A DNA stretch of 64,000 bases from Oscillospiraceae bacterium (GTDB taxonomy: Bacteria; Bacillota; Clostridia; Oscillospirales; CAG-272): contig SVTX01000004.1 in the NCBI GenBank assembly GCA_015063545.1, forward strand, positions 4,691-68,690, given 5' to 3'. Shown piece after piece: positions 18,299-27,628 of the stretch. Both the position numbers and the translations under genes were made by a program. The notes below the pieces were generated by a model. The model was given only the letters and a program-made list of their open reading frames with translations, did not search any database and was not told the origin of the DNA. The stretch's first letter is position 1. Every line of letters begins with the position of its first letter.

Positions 18299-19225
18299 AT
18301 GGGATTGATTTTTACGGATATTCCCGAGCTTGAAGGCAGTAAAAGCGAGATCGTTTTATCCAATCTCGGGGAGCTTGAAAATAAATTTGCATTTATGATA
18401 GAAAAAAGGCTGTTTCATCTGTCCGAGCTTGCGGATGCGATAGTTTGCGACGGAGAGGACTTTGATATCATAAAAAGCATATTGCTTTCCATTCAAAGTG
18501 ATGGCATTGCGGACTGTGACGATATCATTGATGAAAACCGACGGGAAGCAGATTTGGTTTATTCGGGCATGTCGCTATCAGAGAGGCTGATTGTTTATTC
18601 TCACCTGTCCAAGAAAATATCCGCAGATTGTAAAAATGCGATTTATACAGGCAGGAGTGTTATTGAAAGTAGTGTTGTTCAAGATTTCGCTGATACGATC
18701 GCATATGTGAAAAACTCTTATAATGACGAGGCATATCTTAAGCTGTCCTCTGCAATAAAATCTCCACGTGCGGTATATTACGACAGCGCGGAGGATGCTT
18801 GCAGAGCTGTTTACGATCACGAATGTGAGTATTGTATTTTGGCGGTTGAAGCGTCGGGTGTAAAACTATCATCCTTTTACGGACAGATAATAAAATACGG
18901 CTTTTTGAAGATAGCAGAACATCAGATAAAAACCCGAGACGGATATACATCTTATTCCCTGTTGTGCAACGGTAATATAAAACGCGATAAAATATCAAGG
19001 GGCAAATTTGCGGAAATAATAATAGATGTAAAGGATGTTTCCTCTTTATCGGATATAATGACGGCATTTAAGTTTTGTCTCATTGATGTCAAGAGGATAG
19101 ACACGATAAACGGCAGCATATGTCTCACCTTGAAAATAGACAAGGCAGATCTTGAGACATTTGTGACGTATTGTGCGATTGAGTGTCCTCACATACATTG
19201 GTTGGGAATTTATAAACAGATTTAA
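18299..19225 (+). CDS. Degenerate prephenate dehydratase/ACT-like (P-protein-like) protein
   Basis: 308 aa. TIAYVKNSYNDEAY...YDSAEDACRAVYDHECEYCILAVEAS mirrors the PDT N-lobe, an ACT-like stretch reads FAEIIIDVKDVSSLSDIMTAFKF, and the ending is LGIYKQI. The catalytic TRF and ESRP motifs are not conserved. Confidence 0.45.
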   Translation: MGLIFTDIPELEGSKSEIVLSNLGELENKFAFMIEKRLFHLSELADAIVCDGEDFDIIKSILLSIQSDGIADCDDIIDENRREADLVYSGMSLSERLIVYSHLSKKISADCKNAIYTGRSVIESSVVQDFADTIAYVKNSYNDEAYLKLSSAIKSPRAVYYDSAEDACRAVYDHECEYCILAVEASGVKLSSFYGQIIKYGFLKIAEHQIKTRDGYTSYSLLCNGNIKRDKISRGKFAEIIIDVKDVSSLSDIMTAFKFCLIDVKRIDTINGSICLTLKIDKADLETFVTYCAIECPHIHWLGIYKQI

Positions 19226-19237
19226 AAAGGAGATTTT

Positions 19238-19489
19238 ATGGAACATATAACTTATTCACCTAAGGGTGTTTGTGCCAGAAGGATCGATATAGATATTGAG
19301 GACGGCATAATAATTAAGGCGTCGTTTTACGGCGGCTGTTCGGGAAACACGCAAGGTCTGTCTGCTCTTTTGGTCGGAATGTCTGCAGAAGAAGCTATAG
19401 AAAGACTTGAAGGAATAAGATGCGGATTTAAGCCCACATCCTGTCCCGATCAGCTTTCAAAGGCGCTTAAAGAATATATAAACAAATAA
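19238..19489 (+). CDS. TSCPD-domain protein (TIGR03905-like)
   Basis: 83 aa. FYGGCSGNTQGLSALLVGM...IRCGFKPTSCPDQLSKAL matches the stand-alone TSCPD family pattern. Confidence 0.75.
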   Translation: MEHITYSPKGVCARRIDIDIEDGIIIKASFYGGCSGNTQGLSALLVGMSAEEAIERLEGIRCGFKPTSCPDQLSKALKEYINK

Positions 19490-19499
19490 GAGGTGTGTT

Positions 19500-21213
19500 A
19501 TGGAAAAGTATTTTGAAAATTATCAACGTTGGCTTAATTCCTCCATTCTTTCTGATTGCGAAAAGGCGGAGCTTGAGGCAATAAAAAATGACGAAAACGA
19601 GATAAAATTCCGCTTTTCATCTTATCTGTCCTTCGGTACTGCGGGACTTCGCGGCACAATGAAGGTCGGAATGAATGCGATGAATATCTACACCGTCGCT
19701 CACGCAACGCAGGGACTTGCTTCCCTTATCTTGAAGGAAGGCAGAGCGGCTGACGGCGTGGCTATCGCGTACGACTCAAGAAACAATTCCGAGCTTTTCG
19801 CGCACGTCTCGGCAGAGGTGCTTGCGGCGGCAGGAATTCCCGTTTACATTTTTGACGCGCTTCGCCCCACACCCGAGCTTTCGTTTGCTCTCCGTGAGCT
19901 GAAATGCGTTGCGGGTATTAACATAACGGCATCTCATAATCCCAAGCAGTATAACGGATATAAGGCTTATTGGGAGGACGGCGCACAGCTTCCCCCCGAG
20001 CACGCGGACACGGTAAGTGCTGAGATAGCAAAGGTTGACATATTTGACGGCGTTAAGAGAATGGACTTTGACGAAGGCGTAAAGTCGGGTATTATCACTA
20101 TAATCGGTGACGAGATCGATGAAAAGTATCTCGCTCAGGTTCAGGCGCAGGCGGTAAATCCCAATGCGGTAAAGAACGTATCTGACGATCTCAAGATAGT
20201 CTACTCCCCTTCACGGCACGGGACACAAGCTCGTTCCCGAGATACTCAAGAGAACGGGACTCAAGCATCTTTACACGGTTGATGAGCAGTGCGTAATAGA
20301 CGGCAACTTCCCCACAGTCGAGAAGCCCAACCCCGAGTATGCAGAGGTATTCTCTCTCGGTATTGAGCTTGCAAACAAGGTGGGAAGCGACCTTATCATC
20401 GCTACCGACCCCGACGCTGACCGAGTTGGCGTTGTTGCAAGAACCAAGGACGGCTCGTTCAGAACCATCACGGGCAACCAGATGGGCGCGCTTCTTCTTG
20501 ACTATATAATCACGGCTTACGAGCAGACAAACACTATGCCCCCTCTCCCCTATGCCGTAAAGACTATCGTGACGACCGAGCTTGCCTCCAAGATCTGTCA
20601 ATCGCACGGAGTTGAGATATTCAACGTGCTTACTGGCTTTAAGTTTATCGGCGAGGTAATCAAGAACCACGAAAAGAGTGGTCAGGGCTCATATATCTTC
20701 GGATTTGAGGAGAGCTACGGCTACCTCAAGGGTACTTACGCAAGAGACAAAGACGCGGTCGTGGCTTCAATGCTTATCTGCGAGATGACGGCTTACTATG
20801 CGGCAAAGAATATGACTCTCTCCGACGCGCTTGAGCTTCTTTACGAGAGATACGGCTACTGCTGCGAGTCCAACTCCGAGATTTATATGGAAGGCGTTGA
20901 CGGCCCTGCAAAGATTGCGGCTATTATGGACGGTCTCCGCAATAATGCTCCCTCCTCTATCGGCGGTGCTGATGTTGTGACCTTCGGTGACTACAAGGCT
21001 GAGGAGTTTACGGATATTGCGACGGGCAAGAAAACTCCCACGGGACTTCCCAAGTCAAACGTGCTCTACTTCAAGCTTGAGAACGGCGACGTTATTATCG
21101 TTCGTCCCTCGGGTACAGAGCCCAAGATAAAATTCTACTTCCTCGTTATTGCTGAAAATGCAGATAACGCGCAGGAAAAGATAGCTGGATATAAGAAATC
21201 GCTTGATATATAA
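19500..21213 (+). pseudogene. Phosphoglucomutase/phosphomannomutase (alpha-D-phosphohexomutase), frame broken once near 20200-20211
   Basis: ORF 19500..20282 carries the TASHNP phosphoserine loop. The downstream frame, open from 20200 to 21213, carries TPLHGTGHKLVPE and the Mg loop ATDPDADR. The two frames overlap at ctc aag ata gtc tac tcc cct tca c, where the family motif (Y)TPLHGTG is split. Confidence 0.8.
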
Positions 21214-21224
21214 AGGTAAGCCAA

Positions 21225-21256
21225 AAGGTCGGGAGAAATCCCGACCTTAATTTTTG
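21225..21256. terminator. Bidirectional hairpin terminator
   Basis: AAGGTCGGGA-GAAA-TCCCGACCTT followed by AATTTTT. On the minus strand it is followed by TTTTGG. Lies between convergent pgm and the endonuclease gene. Confidence 0.8.
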
Positions 21257-21272
21257 TTCGTAATGATTATTT

Positions 21273-22961
21273 TTATGCAGTAAGCCAGTTCAATGCCCTT
21301 GCCTTTACAGCCGCATACCATTCTTTTTCGCTCGAAGCTGCCTGTGCAGCTTTCATGGAATACTCGCATAGGCTTCTGACTTGATCTGGATTCGGAGTAT
21401 AATCAACTTTTCCAGACTGCTCAACCATTTTCTCGAAAACTTCCAATTCAAGAGGAAGAATAATTGATTTTCCTCCATAAAATGCTATATTAGCTAGATG
21501 TAATGTGTAAAAGTGAGCGATACATGAATCGTTGATTTTCGGAGCAATAAAGAAACAGTACGCATCTTTTCCTTGCTCTTTTTTTACCTTAGCCAAATGT
21601 CTAGATACGGGTTCTCCTTCCATTTCATATTGTCTCTGACCTGATTGCATCGTAACCTCAACAGTTAGTGAGAAGTCGCCATAATCACAAATAATATCAG
21701 CGGTGTTGCCAGAAGCAGTTGCCATGGGCTGTCCGTTGTCATCAAATTTCAAATTTGCTCGAATATCTCCGCCATCAAGCATAGTCATAGCTCGCCATGT
21801 ATTCCATTCAAGCATCAAAGGAACATCGTAGTAGTTATTATCTTTGATGTCGCCAAAAACAGACATAACATCAATGTAGGATTGATAATCCTTGAGACGC
21901 ATAACTTGGTCTTTTATGAGATTTTCCTTTCGACGAACAACTGCTTGTTTAAGAGTTTTCTTCAATTCGATCACGCTGGACTTCTTAATAACATCTGCAG
22001 AAACTTCTTGAAGCTTACCTACTTCCTGTTCAAGACTCTCTCTATTATCAGTATATAAAACAGGAAGGGTTGAATCAAACAGATATTCCTTATATGCCTT
22101 CTCGTCAGTAACATAGATAGGTTTGCGTTCAATGTTTTTCAAGAAGTATTTTACTTCTTCTATTTTCTCTGGCAATATAGATAATGATTTTCCTTTTTGG
22201 GAAATAGTGACTAAGCCAGTAGCTCTAAGATATCTAAAGCAAGCATCCGTATAATCACGCATATTACTTGATTTTGTTTTTACAAATTTTGTGAGAGAAG
22301 CATCCTTAGACTCACGTGTTTTTGTTTTTCCTTCATGAATTTCACATTGATATATTTTTTCTATTTCCGCATCACGATATTCTCCCATGAAAACTCTGTA
22401 GCTCTTTGAGGATTTTTTTCTTTCCTCTCTAAACTTTTTGATTTTGTCAACAACTTCATCAAATTTTTTGTAGTTTGTTAACTGCATGCCAAAAATCATT
22501 AATTCATCAAAAGTAACTTTTCCCAATGTGTATATCAATCGAAAGATTTCAAGGTATGGTTTTACAGAAAACACGTTGCTCAAATTCTCGGTTTCAGTAT
22601 GATATGGAGATGGGAGTTGAAACTTGAGTAGCTGTCTTAGTAAAGCTTCTTCGGCAGTTTCTTCATTTAAAAAGTTCTTTCCTGCCTCTGTGATTGAAAT
22701 TGTGGGATTTAAGTTTACGAATCCCAGTGCCTTAGGTCCTCTATTAATTCTGTCTCTGGCACTAAAAGCTAAATCCTTTGGAGATCCAACACCTTCAAAA
22801 TTTGGGTCGGTGGCCAAACACTTCATAAAATCTTCTTGGCACTTGGTATTCCATATTTGATTGGTAAAGTTGCTTACCAAAATTTCAATTTCTGGAAGCA
22901 TCTTCATAGGTGTTCTCGGAGAAGTAATAAAAAACAAAGTCCTTCCTTGCAATCTTGCCAT
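21273..22961 (-). CDS. AlwI / Nt.BstNBI-family type II(S) restriction or nicking endonuclease
   Basis: 562 aa. N-terminal motifs are FFITSPRTPMKMLPEIEIL, AFSARDR, ITEAGKNFL and QLLKFQLPSPYH. C-terminal motifs are LEWNTWRAM, ADIICDYGDFSLTVEVTMQSGQRQYEMEGEPVSRHL and FFIAPKIN. These parallel the Nt.BstNBI/AlwI family as I remember it. AGGAGG lies 8 nt before the ATG. Confidence 0.8.
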   Translation of the reverse strand: MARLQGRTLFFITSPRTPMKMLPEIEILVSNFTNQIWNTKCQEDFMKCLATDPNFEGVGSPKDLAFSARDRINRGPKALGFVNLNPTISITEAGKNFLNEETAEEALLRQLLKFQLPSPYHTETENLSNVFSVKPYLEIFRLIYTLGKVTFDELMIFGMQLTNYKKFDEVVDKIKKFREERKKSSKSYRVFMGEYRDAEIEKIYQCEIHEGKTKTRESKDASLTKFVKTKSSNMRDYTDACFRYLRATGLVTISQKGKSLSILPEKIEEVKYFLKNIERKPIYVTDEKAYKEYLFDSTLPVLYTDNRESLEQEVGKLQEVSADVIKKSSVIELKKTLKQAVVRRKENLIKDQVMRLKDYQSYIDVMSVFGDIKDNNYYDVPLMLEWNTWRAMTMLDGGDIRANLKFDDNGQPMATASGNTADIICDYGDFSLTVEVTMQSGQRQYEMEGEPVSRHLAKVKKEQGKDAYCFFIAPKINDSCIAHFYTLHLANIAFYGGKSIILPLELEVFEKMVEQSGKVDYTPNPDQVRSLCEYSMKAAQAASSEKEWYAAVKARALNWLTA

Positions 22962-22974
22962 TAAGATGCCCTCC

Positions 22975-23826
22975 TTAGTAATTTGTTACAATAATATGTT
23001 TTGATTCTGACTTAAAACGATTTCGGATATTTACTGCATAAGACTTGAAGTATTCGTTTTTGATTAAATCTCCATATAATTCAACGGTCAATGGTGTTTT
23101 TCCAATAACCATCATAGCTTTACATTTGAGTTTGCGAAAATCAGCCGCTAATCTTCGGTGTTCTGCTTCATCAAATCCATTTGCTGATTCGATGTTACCA
23201 TAGTCGTTAAAAATACAATCATATGGCGGGTCAAGAAACATAAAGTCATTTTTCGTCGCCATATCAAAAATCACAGAGTAATCTCCTGTGAATAGTGATG
23301 CTCGTTGCAAGAGCTCATGATGTTCATGTGTTATTAACTGCGTGTTGAAATTTTGGTATCTTCCAAACGGAACATTATATTCACCTTGAGCATTGTATCT
23401 AATCATTCCCGAATATGCTGTTTTGTTAATAAAATAATATACTACAGAATCCAAATATCTGGGCTCTGTTTTATGATTAAACATGTCTCTCAAGTCATAA
23501 TAAAGAGCCTCGTTCTTATTTTCCACACGCTTATCCGGATGCAATGCTTTTATTTCCTTGTATTCAGCTTGATTAGTTTCGTAAATTGCTTGCAATTCAT
23601 TTAATTGTCGACGAACGATATCATAATTTTCTTTGACATCTAAATAAAATGTCATTAACTTTGCATTGACATCGTTAATAACAGCCTTTCGAGGCTCAAG
23701 GTGGAAAAATACTGCACCACCTCCAAAAAACGGCTCGAAATATGTGTCAAATTGTTCGGGAACATATTCGATGAATGAAGGAATCTCTTTTGATTTTCCT
23801 CCGCGGTATTTAACTAATGGCTTCAT
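22975..23826 (-). CDS. Dam-class (D12) N6-adenine DNA methyltransferase
   Basis: 283 aa with KYRGGKSKE, FEPFFGGGAVFF (SAM motif I) and FLDPPY (motif IV). Lies 13 nt upstream of the endonuclease gene on the same strand. Confidence 0.9.
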   Translation of the reverse strand: MKPLVKYRGGKSKEIPSFIEYVPEQFDTYFEPFFGGGAVFFHLEPRKAVINDVNAKLMTFYLDVKENYDIVRRQLNELQAIYETNQAEYKEIKALHPDKRVENKNEALYYDLRDMFNHKTEPRYLDSVVYYFINKTAYSGMIRYNAQGEYNVPFGRYQNFNTQLITHEHHELLQRASLFTGDYSVIFDMATKNDFMFLDPPYDCIFNDYGNIESANGFDEAEHRRLAADFRKLKCKAMMVIGKTPLTVELYGDLIKNEYFKSYAVNIRNRFKSESKHIIVTNY

Positions 23827-23881
23827 TATGTTTCTCCTTGTTAGTTACAATTTCTAAGTTATCACTTTATTAACAATCAGG

Positions 23882-23925
23882 AGATGAATATAGCTTTTCA
23901 ACGTTTCAATGAAATATATTCATCT
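23882..23925. repeat. Perfect 11-bp inverted repeat upstream of the methyltransferase gene
   Basis: AGATGAATATA (23882-23892) and TATATTCATCT (23915-23925), separated by 22 nt that contain TTCAA twice. Confidence 0.7.
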
Positions 23926-23987
23926 GGTTTTAGAATCGCAATAAAAGCAATTCAAGTATTTTTGCTTACTTGATAGTTTTTTTATAC

Positions 23988-26900
23988 TTACTTCAAAATA
24001 CAATTCTCCTCCCCAAGCACCTTTTTTAGCTCGGAGATGGCATATTCCGAGTAAAACATTTTTTCGCTGTACTCGGAGTATTTTTTCGTGCTGCTGTCGT
24101 AGAAGATTACGGTCAGGCTTCCCTCGTTGAATATGTCCACGAGATTTTTTGCATATTTGAATTTCTCACATTCCATATCGGGAACACGCAGATATATCTT
24201 TGTGGGAGCTGTTGCCTGTTTTTGAGGTGTTTGCGTGGGTTTTTGCGTAGGTGCCGCCTGCTCTGTTGGTTTTGACGGCTGAGCGTTCATATAAGCCGAG
24301 AGATACACCGACAGTCTGGGGTCTTGCACTGACGCTGTTTCAGTGGGAGCACTCGTCTGTTTTTGCGGAGCCTCTTTGTAATGAGCATTCTCCATAAGAG
24401 GAATGATTGTGTTTACAAGCACACGAGGCATGTCTTCCTCTTTGAGTGAAATTGTTCCCTCTATGCATACCGCGGTATCAAGTCGTATCTCATGACCGAA
24501 GCTTGTATATATTTTGGGGAAAGCTATACATTCTATCTCTCCGAATTTATCTTCTATGCGGAAGAATGCCATTCGCTCTTCCCTTTTTGTGGTTTTAAGG
24601 GATACGGATGTTATCATACCGGCGATCTTAACGTGCATTTTGTCTTGAACGTTGGATTCTTCATCAGTGGATATAAGCTCGGAAATTTCTGATACCTCGA
24701 GGGTTGACAGGTGCTTTGAGAAGTTATCCATCATATTGCCCGAAAAATACATGCCGGACGCATCTTTTTCAAGCATGAGTTTTTCGCGCATGCTGAATTC
24801 CGGGATGTCGGGATATTCAAATGACGGAGCGATATCCTCACCGCCAATTCCCATAGAAAACATATCCATTTGTCCTACGAGATTGTCTCGCTTTTTCTGT
24901 TGGATATTATCTATAATGGTTTCATAGGAGGAAAGTATCTTTGAGCGATACGTTCCGAGGCTGTCAAAGGCTCCGGCTTTTATCAGAGCTTCTATCTGAC
25001 GTTTGTTTATATCGGTAGATGCCGACATTCTCTCTACAAAATTCTCAAATGATGAAAAAGGATCGCCCGTTCTTTCACGTATGATCGCTTCTATGAACTG
25101 TCTGCCTACGTTTTTGAGTGCAGCCATGCCGAAACGTATATTTCCGTCATTTGTATCTTTGACAAAATCAACTCGGCTGGTATTTATATCGGGCGGCAGG
25201 ACGGATATTCCGAATTTTGCACATTCCGCGATATATTCCGCTGCCTTGGTGCGGTTGTCAAGAACGCTTGTGAGAAGTGCCGCCATGTATTCTCCCGCAT
25301 AATGTGCCTTCAGGTATGCTGTGCGGTAGGATATTATTGCGTACGCTGCGGCGTGAGATTTATTGAAAGCGTAATTTGCAAAGCTCGACATGTCTTCAAA
25401 AAGCTTTTGCGCTTTTTGTTCATCAACACCGTTATTTTTGGCGCCCTCGATAAACTGTTCTCTTTCGGCATTCAATACGGACGCTTTTTTCTTTGACATA
25501 GCTCGTCTGACTATATCTGCATGACCGAAGGTGTATCCTGCGATATTTCGGAATATGCTCATTACCTGTTCCTGATAAACAGTGCATCCGTAGGTTGAGC
25601 GCAAAATTGGTTCAAGCTCAGGTATATCATAGGTTATCTTGGAAGGATCATGCTTGCATTCGATAAATCTCGGTATAGAATCCATAGGACCGGGACGGTA
25701 GAGCGCAATAGCCGCTATGATATCGTCAATACATTCAGGTTTTAAATTCTGAAGCATCTGACGCATGCCGCCTGATTCAAGCTGGAATATGCCGAGTGTA
25801 TTTCCTTTTGATATGAGCTTGTACGTTTTTTTGTCGTCCAATGGGATTTTCTCAATATCAAAATCGGGATTTTGCTCTTTTATTTGCTTTTCGGCATCAC
25901 TTATTATGGTAAGATAGCGAAGCGCAAGGAAATCGAATTTGAGCAGTCCGAGCGATGCGATGGTATCCATGTCAAACTGTGTGACAGTTGCAGTATTGCT
26001 TACCGCAAGAGGAACATAATCGCTGACAGGTTTGTCTGTTATAACTATTCCCGCAGCATGCACTGAAATATTTCTCGGCATGCCTTCAAGTGACATTGCG
26101 GTATCGATAAGCTCTTTAACACTTTCGGAATTATGATACATTTCCGAGAGCGCGGGGGTAGCTATAGCCTGTTGCAGAGTAATTCCAAGCTCATTAGGAA
26201 CGGCTTTTGCAACCTCATCGACCTCTGAATATGACATTCCCATAGCTCGCCCGCAGTCGCGTATTGCCGCCCTTGCGGCAAGCGTACCGAAGGTGATTAT
26301 CTGAGAAACTCTGTCTTTTCCGTACTTTTCCTCAACGTATTTTATGACCTCGTCACGACGCTCGTAACAGAAGTCTATATCAATATCGGGCATGCTTACT
26401 CTTTCGGGATTAAGGAATCTCTCAAAGAGAAGGTCGAATTTAATAGAATCAACCTCTGTTATTCCCAAAAGATATGCTACAAGGCTTCCCGCGCCCGATC
26501 CTCTGCCTGGGCCTACGGATATTCCTGTGCGTTTTGCGAAGTTAACGTAGTCCTGAACTATCAAAAAGTAATCCGAGTATCCCATTGATGAGATTACGGA
26601 AAGCTCGTATTTGATCCTTTCCTCGTAGCCTTCTTTGTTGTTGTGAGCCTGTTCTCCAAAAGTAATGTGCCCTCTTTCAACGCGGCTTTCAAGTCCGCGG
26701 TAGGTAAGCTCACAGAGATATTCCTCTGCGGTTTTGCCGTTAGGACAAGGGAATTTCGGAAGGAGAACCTGTTCAAAATCAAATTCGAGATTACAAGCTT
26801 CTGCAATTTTTACCGTGTTTTCGAGTGCTGAGGGATGTTCCGAATAGGTATCGTACATTTCCTCGGTGGATTTGATATAATAATCGTCAACATCAAATCC

Positions 26901-27608
26901 GGGCTTGTCTTTGTCGGTGACAGATGTGTTTGTTTGTATACACATAAGAACCTGCTGAACGTAGGAATCGCGCTTGCGCAGATAATGACAGTCATTTGTA
27001 GCAACAAGGGGGATGTCACATTCCTCTGCTATTCTTACAAGCGGAGGAATAAGAGCTTTTGTATCTTCTGTACCGTGGTCTTGAAGCTCAATGAAGAAAT
27101 TGCCATCACCGAAAGCTTTTTTATACTTAAGTGCAGTCTGTTTTGCAAGATCATATTCGCCCTTTGAAAGAAGTCTCGGTATTTTTCCCGAAAGGCATGC
27201 AGAAAGAGCGATAAGTCCTTCACTGTGCTCAAACAGAAGTTCCTCGTCTATTCTCGGTTTTACGTAAAATCCTTCGGTATATCCTTTGGAGACAAGGTGT
27301 ATAAGGTTTTTATATCCCACCATGTTCTTGCAGAGCAAGACGAGGTGGTAATACGACGTTTCGGATATGGCGCGTCTGTCAAAGCGCGATCCGGGTGCAA
27401 CATATACTTCGCAACCGATTATGGGTTTTATGCCTGCATTTTTGCATTCTTTATAGAAGGATAGAACACCGTACATGTTTCCGTGGTCGGTGATTGCCAC
27501 GGCATTCTGACCGCATTCTTTAACCCTTTGAGGAATGTCCTTTATACGGCATGCGCCGTCAAGGAGACTGTATTCTGTATGAAGATGCAAATGTACAAAA
27601 TTTCCCAT
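23988..27608 (-). CDS. dnaE: DNA polymerase III alpha subunit
   Basis: 1206 aa. PHP N-terminus FVHLHLHTEYSLLDG, polymerase core, OB fold, then a P/T/Q-rich linker and a small C-terminal domain. Confidence 0.95.
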   Translation of the reverse strand: MGNFVHLHLHTEYSLLDGACRIKDIPQRVKECGQNAVAITDHGNMYGVLSFYKECKNAGIKPIIGCEVYVAPGSRFDRRAISETSYYHLVLLCKNMVGYKNLIHLVSKGYTEGFYVKPRIDEELLFEHSEGLIALSACLSGKIPRLLSKGEYDLAKQTALKYKKAFGDGNFFIELQDHGTEDTKALIPPLVRIAEECDIPLVATNDCHYLRKRDSYVQQVLMCIQTNTSVTDKDKPGFDVDDYYIKSTEEMYDTYSEHPSALENTVKIAEACNLEFDFEQVLLPKFPCPNGKTAEEYLCELTYRGLESRVERGHITFGEQAHNNKEGYEERIKYELSVISSMGYSDYFLIVQDYVNFAKRTGISVGPGRGSGAGSLVAYLLGITEVDSIKFDLLFERFLNPERVSMPDIDIDFCYERRDEVIKYVEEKYGKDRVSQIITFGTLAARAAIRDCGRAMGMSYSEVDEVAKAVPNELGITLQQAIATPALSEMYHNSESVKELIDTAMSLEGMPRNISVHAAGIVITDKPVSDYVPLAVSNTATVTQFDMDTIASLGLLKFDFLALRYLTIISDAEKQIKEQNPDFDIEKIPLDDKKTYKLISKGNTLGIFQLESGGMRQMLQNLKPECIDDIIAAIALYRPGPMDSIPRFIECKHDPSKITYDIPELEPILRSTYGCTVYQEQVMSIFRNIAGYTFGHADIVRRAMSKKKASVLNAEREQFIEGAKNNGVDEQKAQKLFEDMSSFANYAFNKSHAAAYAIISYRTAYLKAHYAGEYMAALLTSVLDNRTKAAEYIAECAKFGISVLPPDINTSRVDFVKDTNDGNIRFGMAALKNVGRQFIEAIIRERTGDPFSSFENFVERMSASTDINKRQIEALIKAGAFDSLGTYRSKILSSYETIIDNIQQKKRDNLVGQMDMFSMGIGGEDIAPSFEYPDIPEFSMREKLMLEKDASGMYFSGNMMDNFSKHLSTLEVSEISELISTDEESNVQDKMHVKIAGMITSVSLKTTKREERMAFFRIEDKFGEIECIAFPKIYTSFGHEIRLDTAVCIEGTISLKEEDMPRVLVNTIIPLMENAHYKEAPQKQTSAPTETASVQDPRLSVYLSAYMNAQPSKPTEQAAPTQKPTQTPQKQATAPTKIYLRVPDMECEKFKYAKNLVDIFNEGSLTVIFYDSSTKKYSEYSEKMFYSEYAISELKKVLGEENCILK

Positions 27609-27628
27609 ATTGCCATGCCCCTTTCTAC

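Noticed and set aside
21214-23987. Looked for mobile-element hallmarks around the R-M cassette (direct repeats, integrase, transposase, tRNA target)
   Set aside because: None was found by eye. The flanks contain only terminators and one inverted repeat, so the cassette is reported as an R-M insert and not as a mobile element.
24198-24383. P/T/Q-rich low-complexity linker (…APQKQTSAPTE…PTQKPTQTPQKQATAPTK) before the last 69 aa of DnaE
   Set aside because: It looks like a flexible linker between the OB fold and a small C-terminal domain. There is no frame disruption or inserted element, so it is probably lineage-typical variation.
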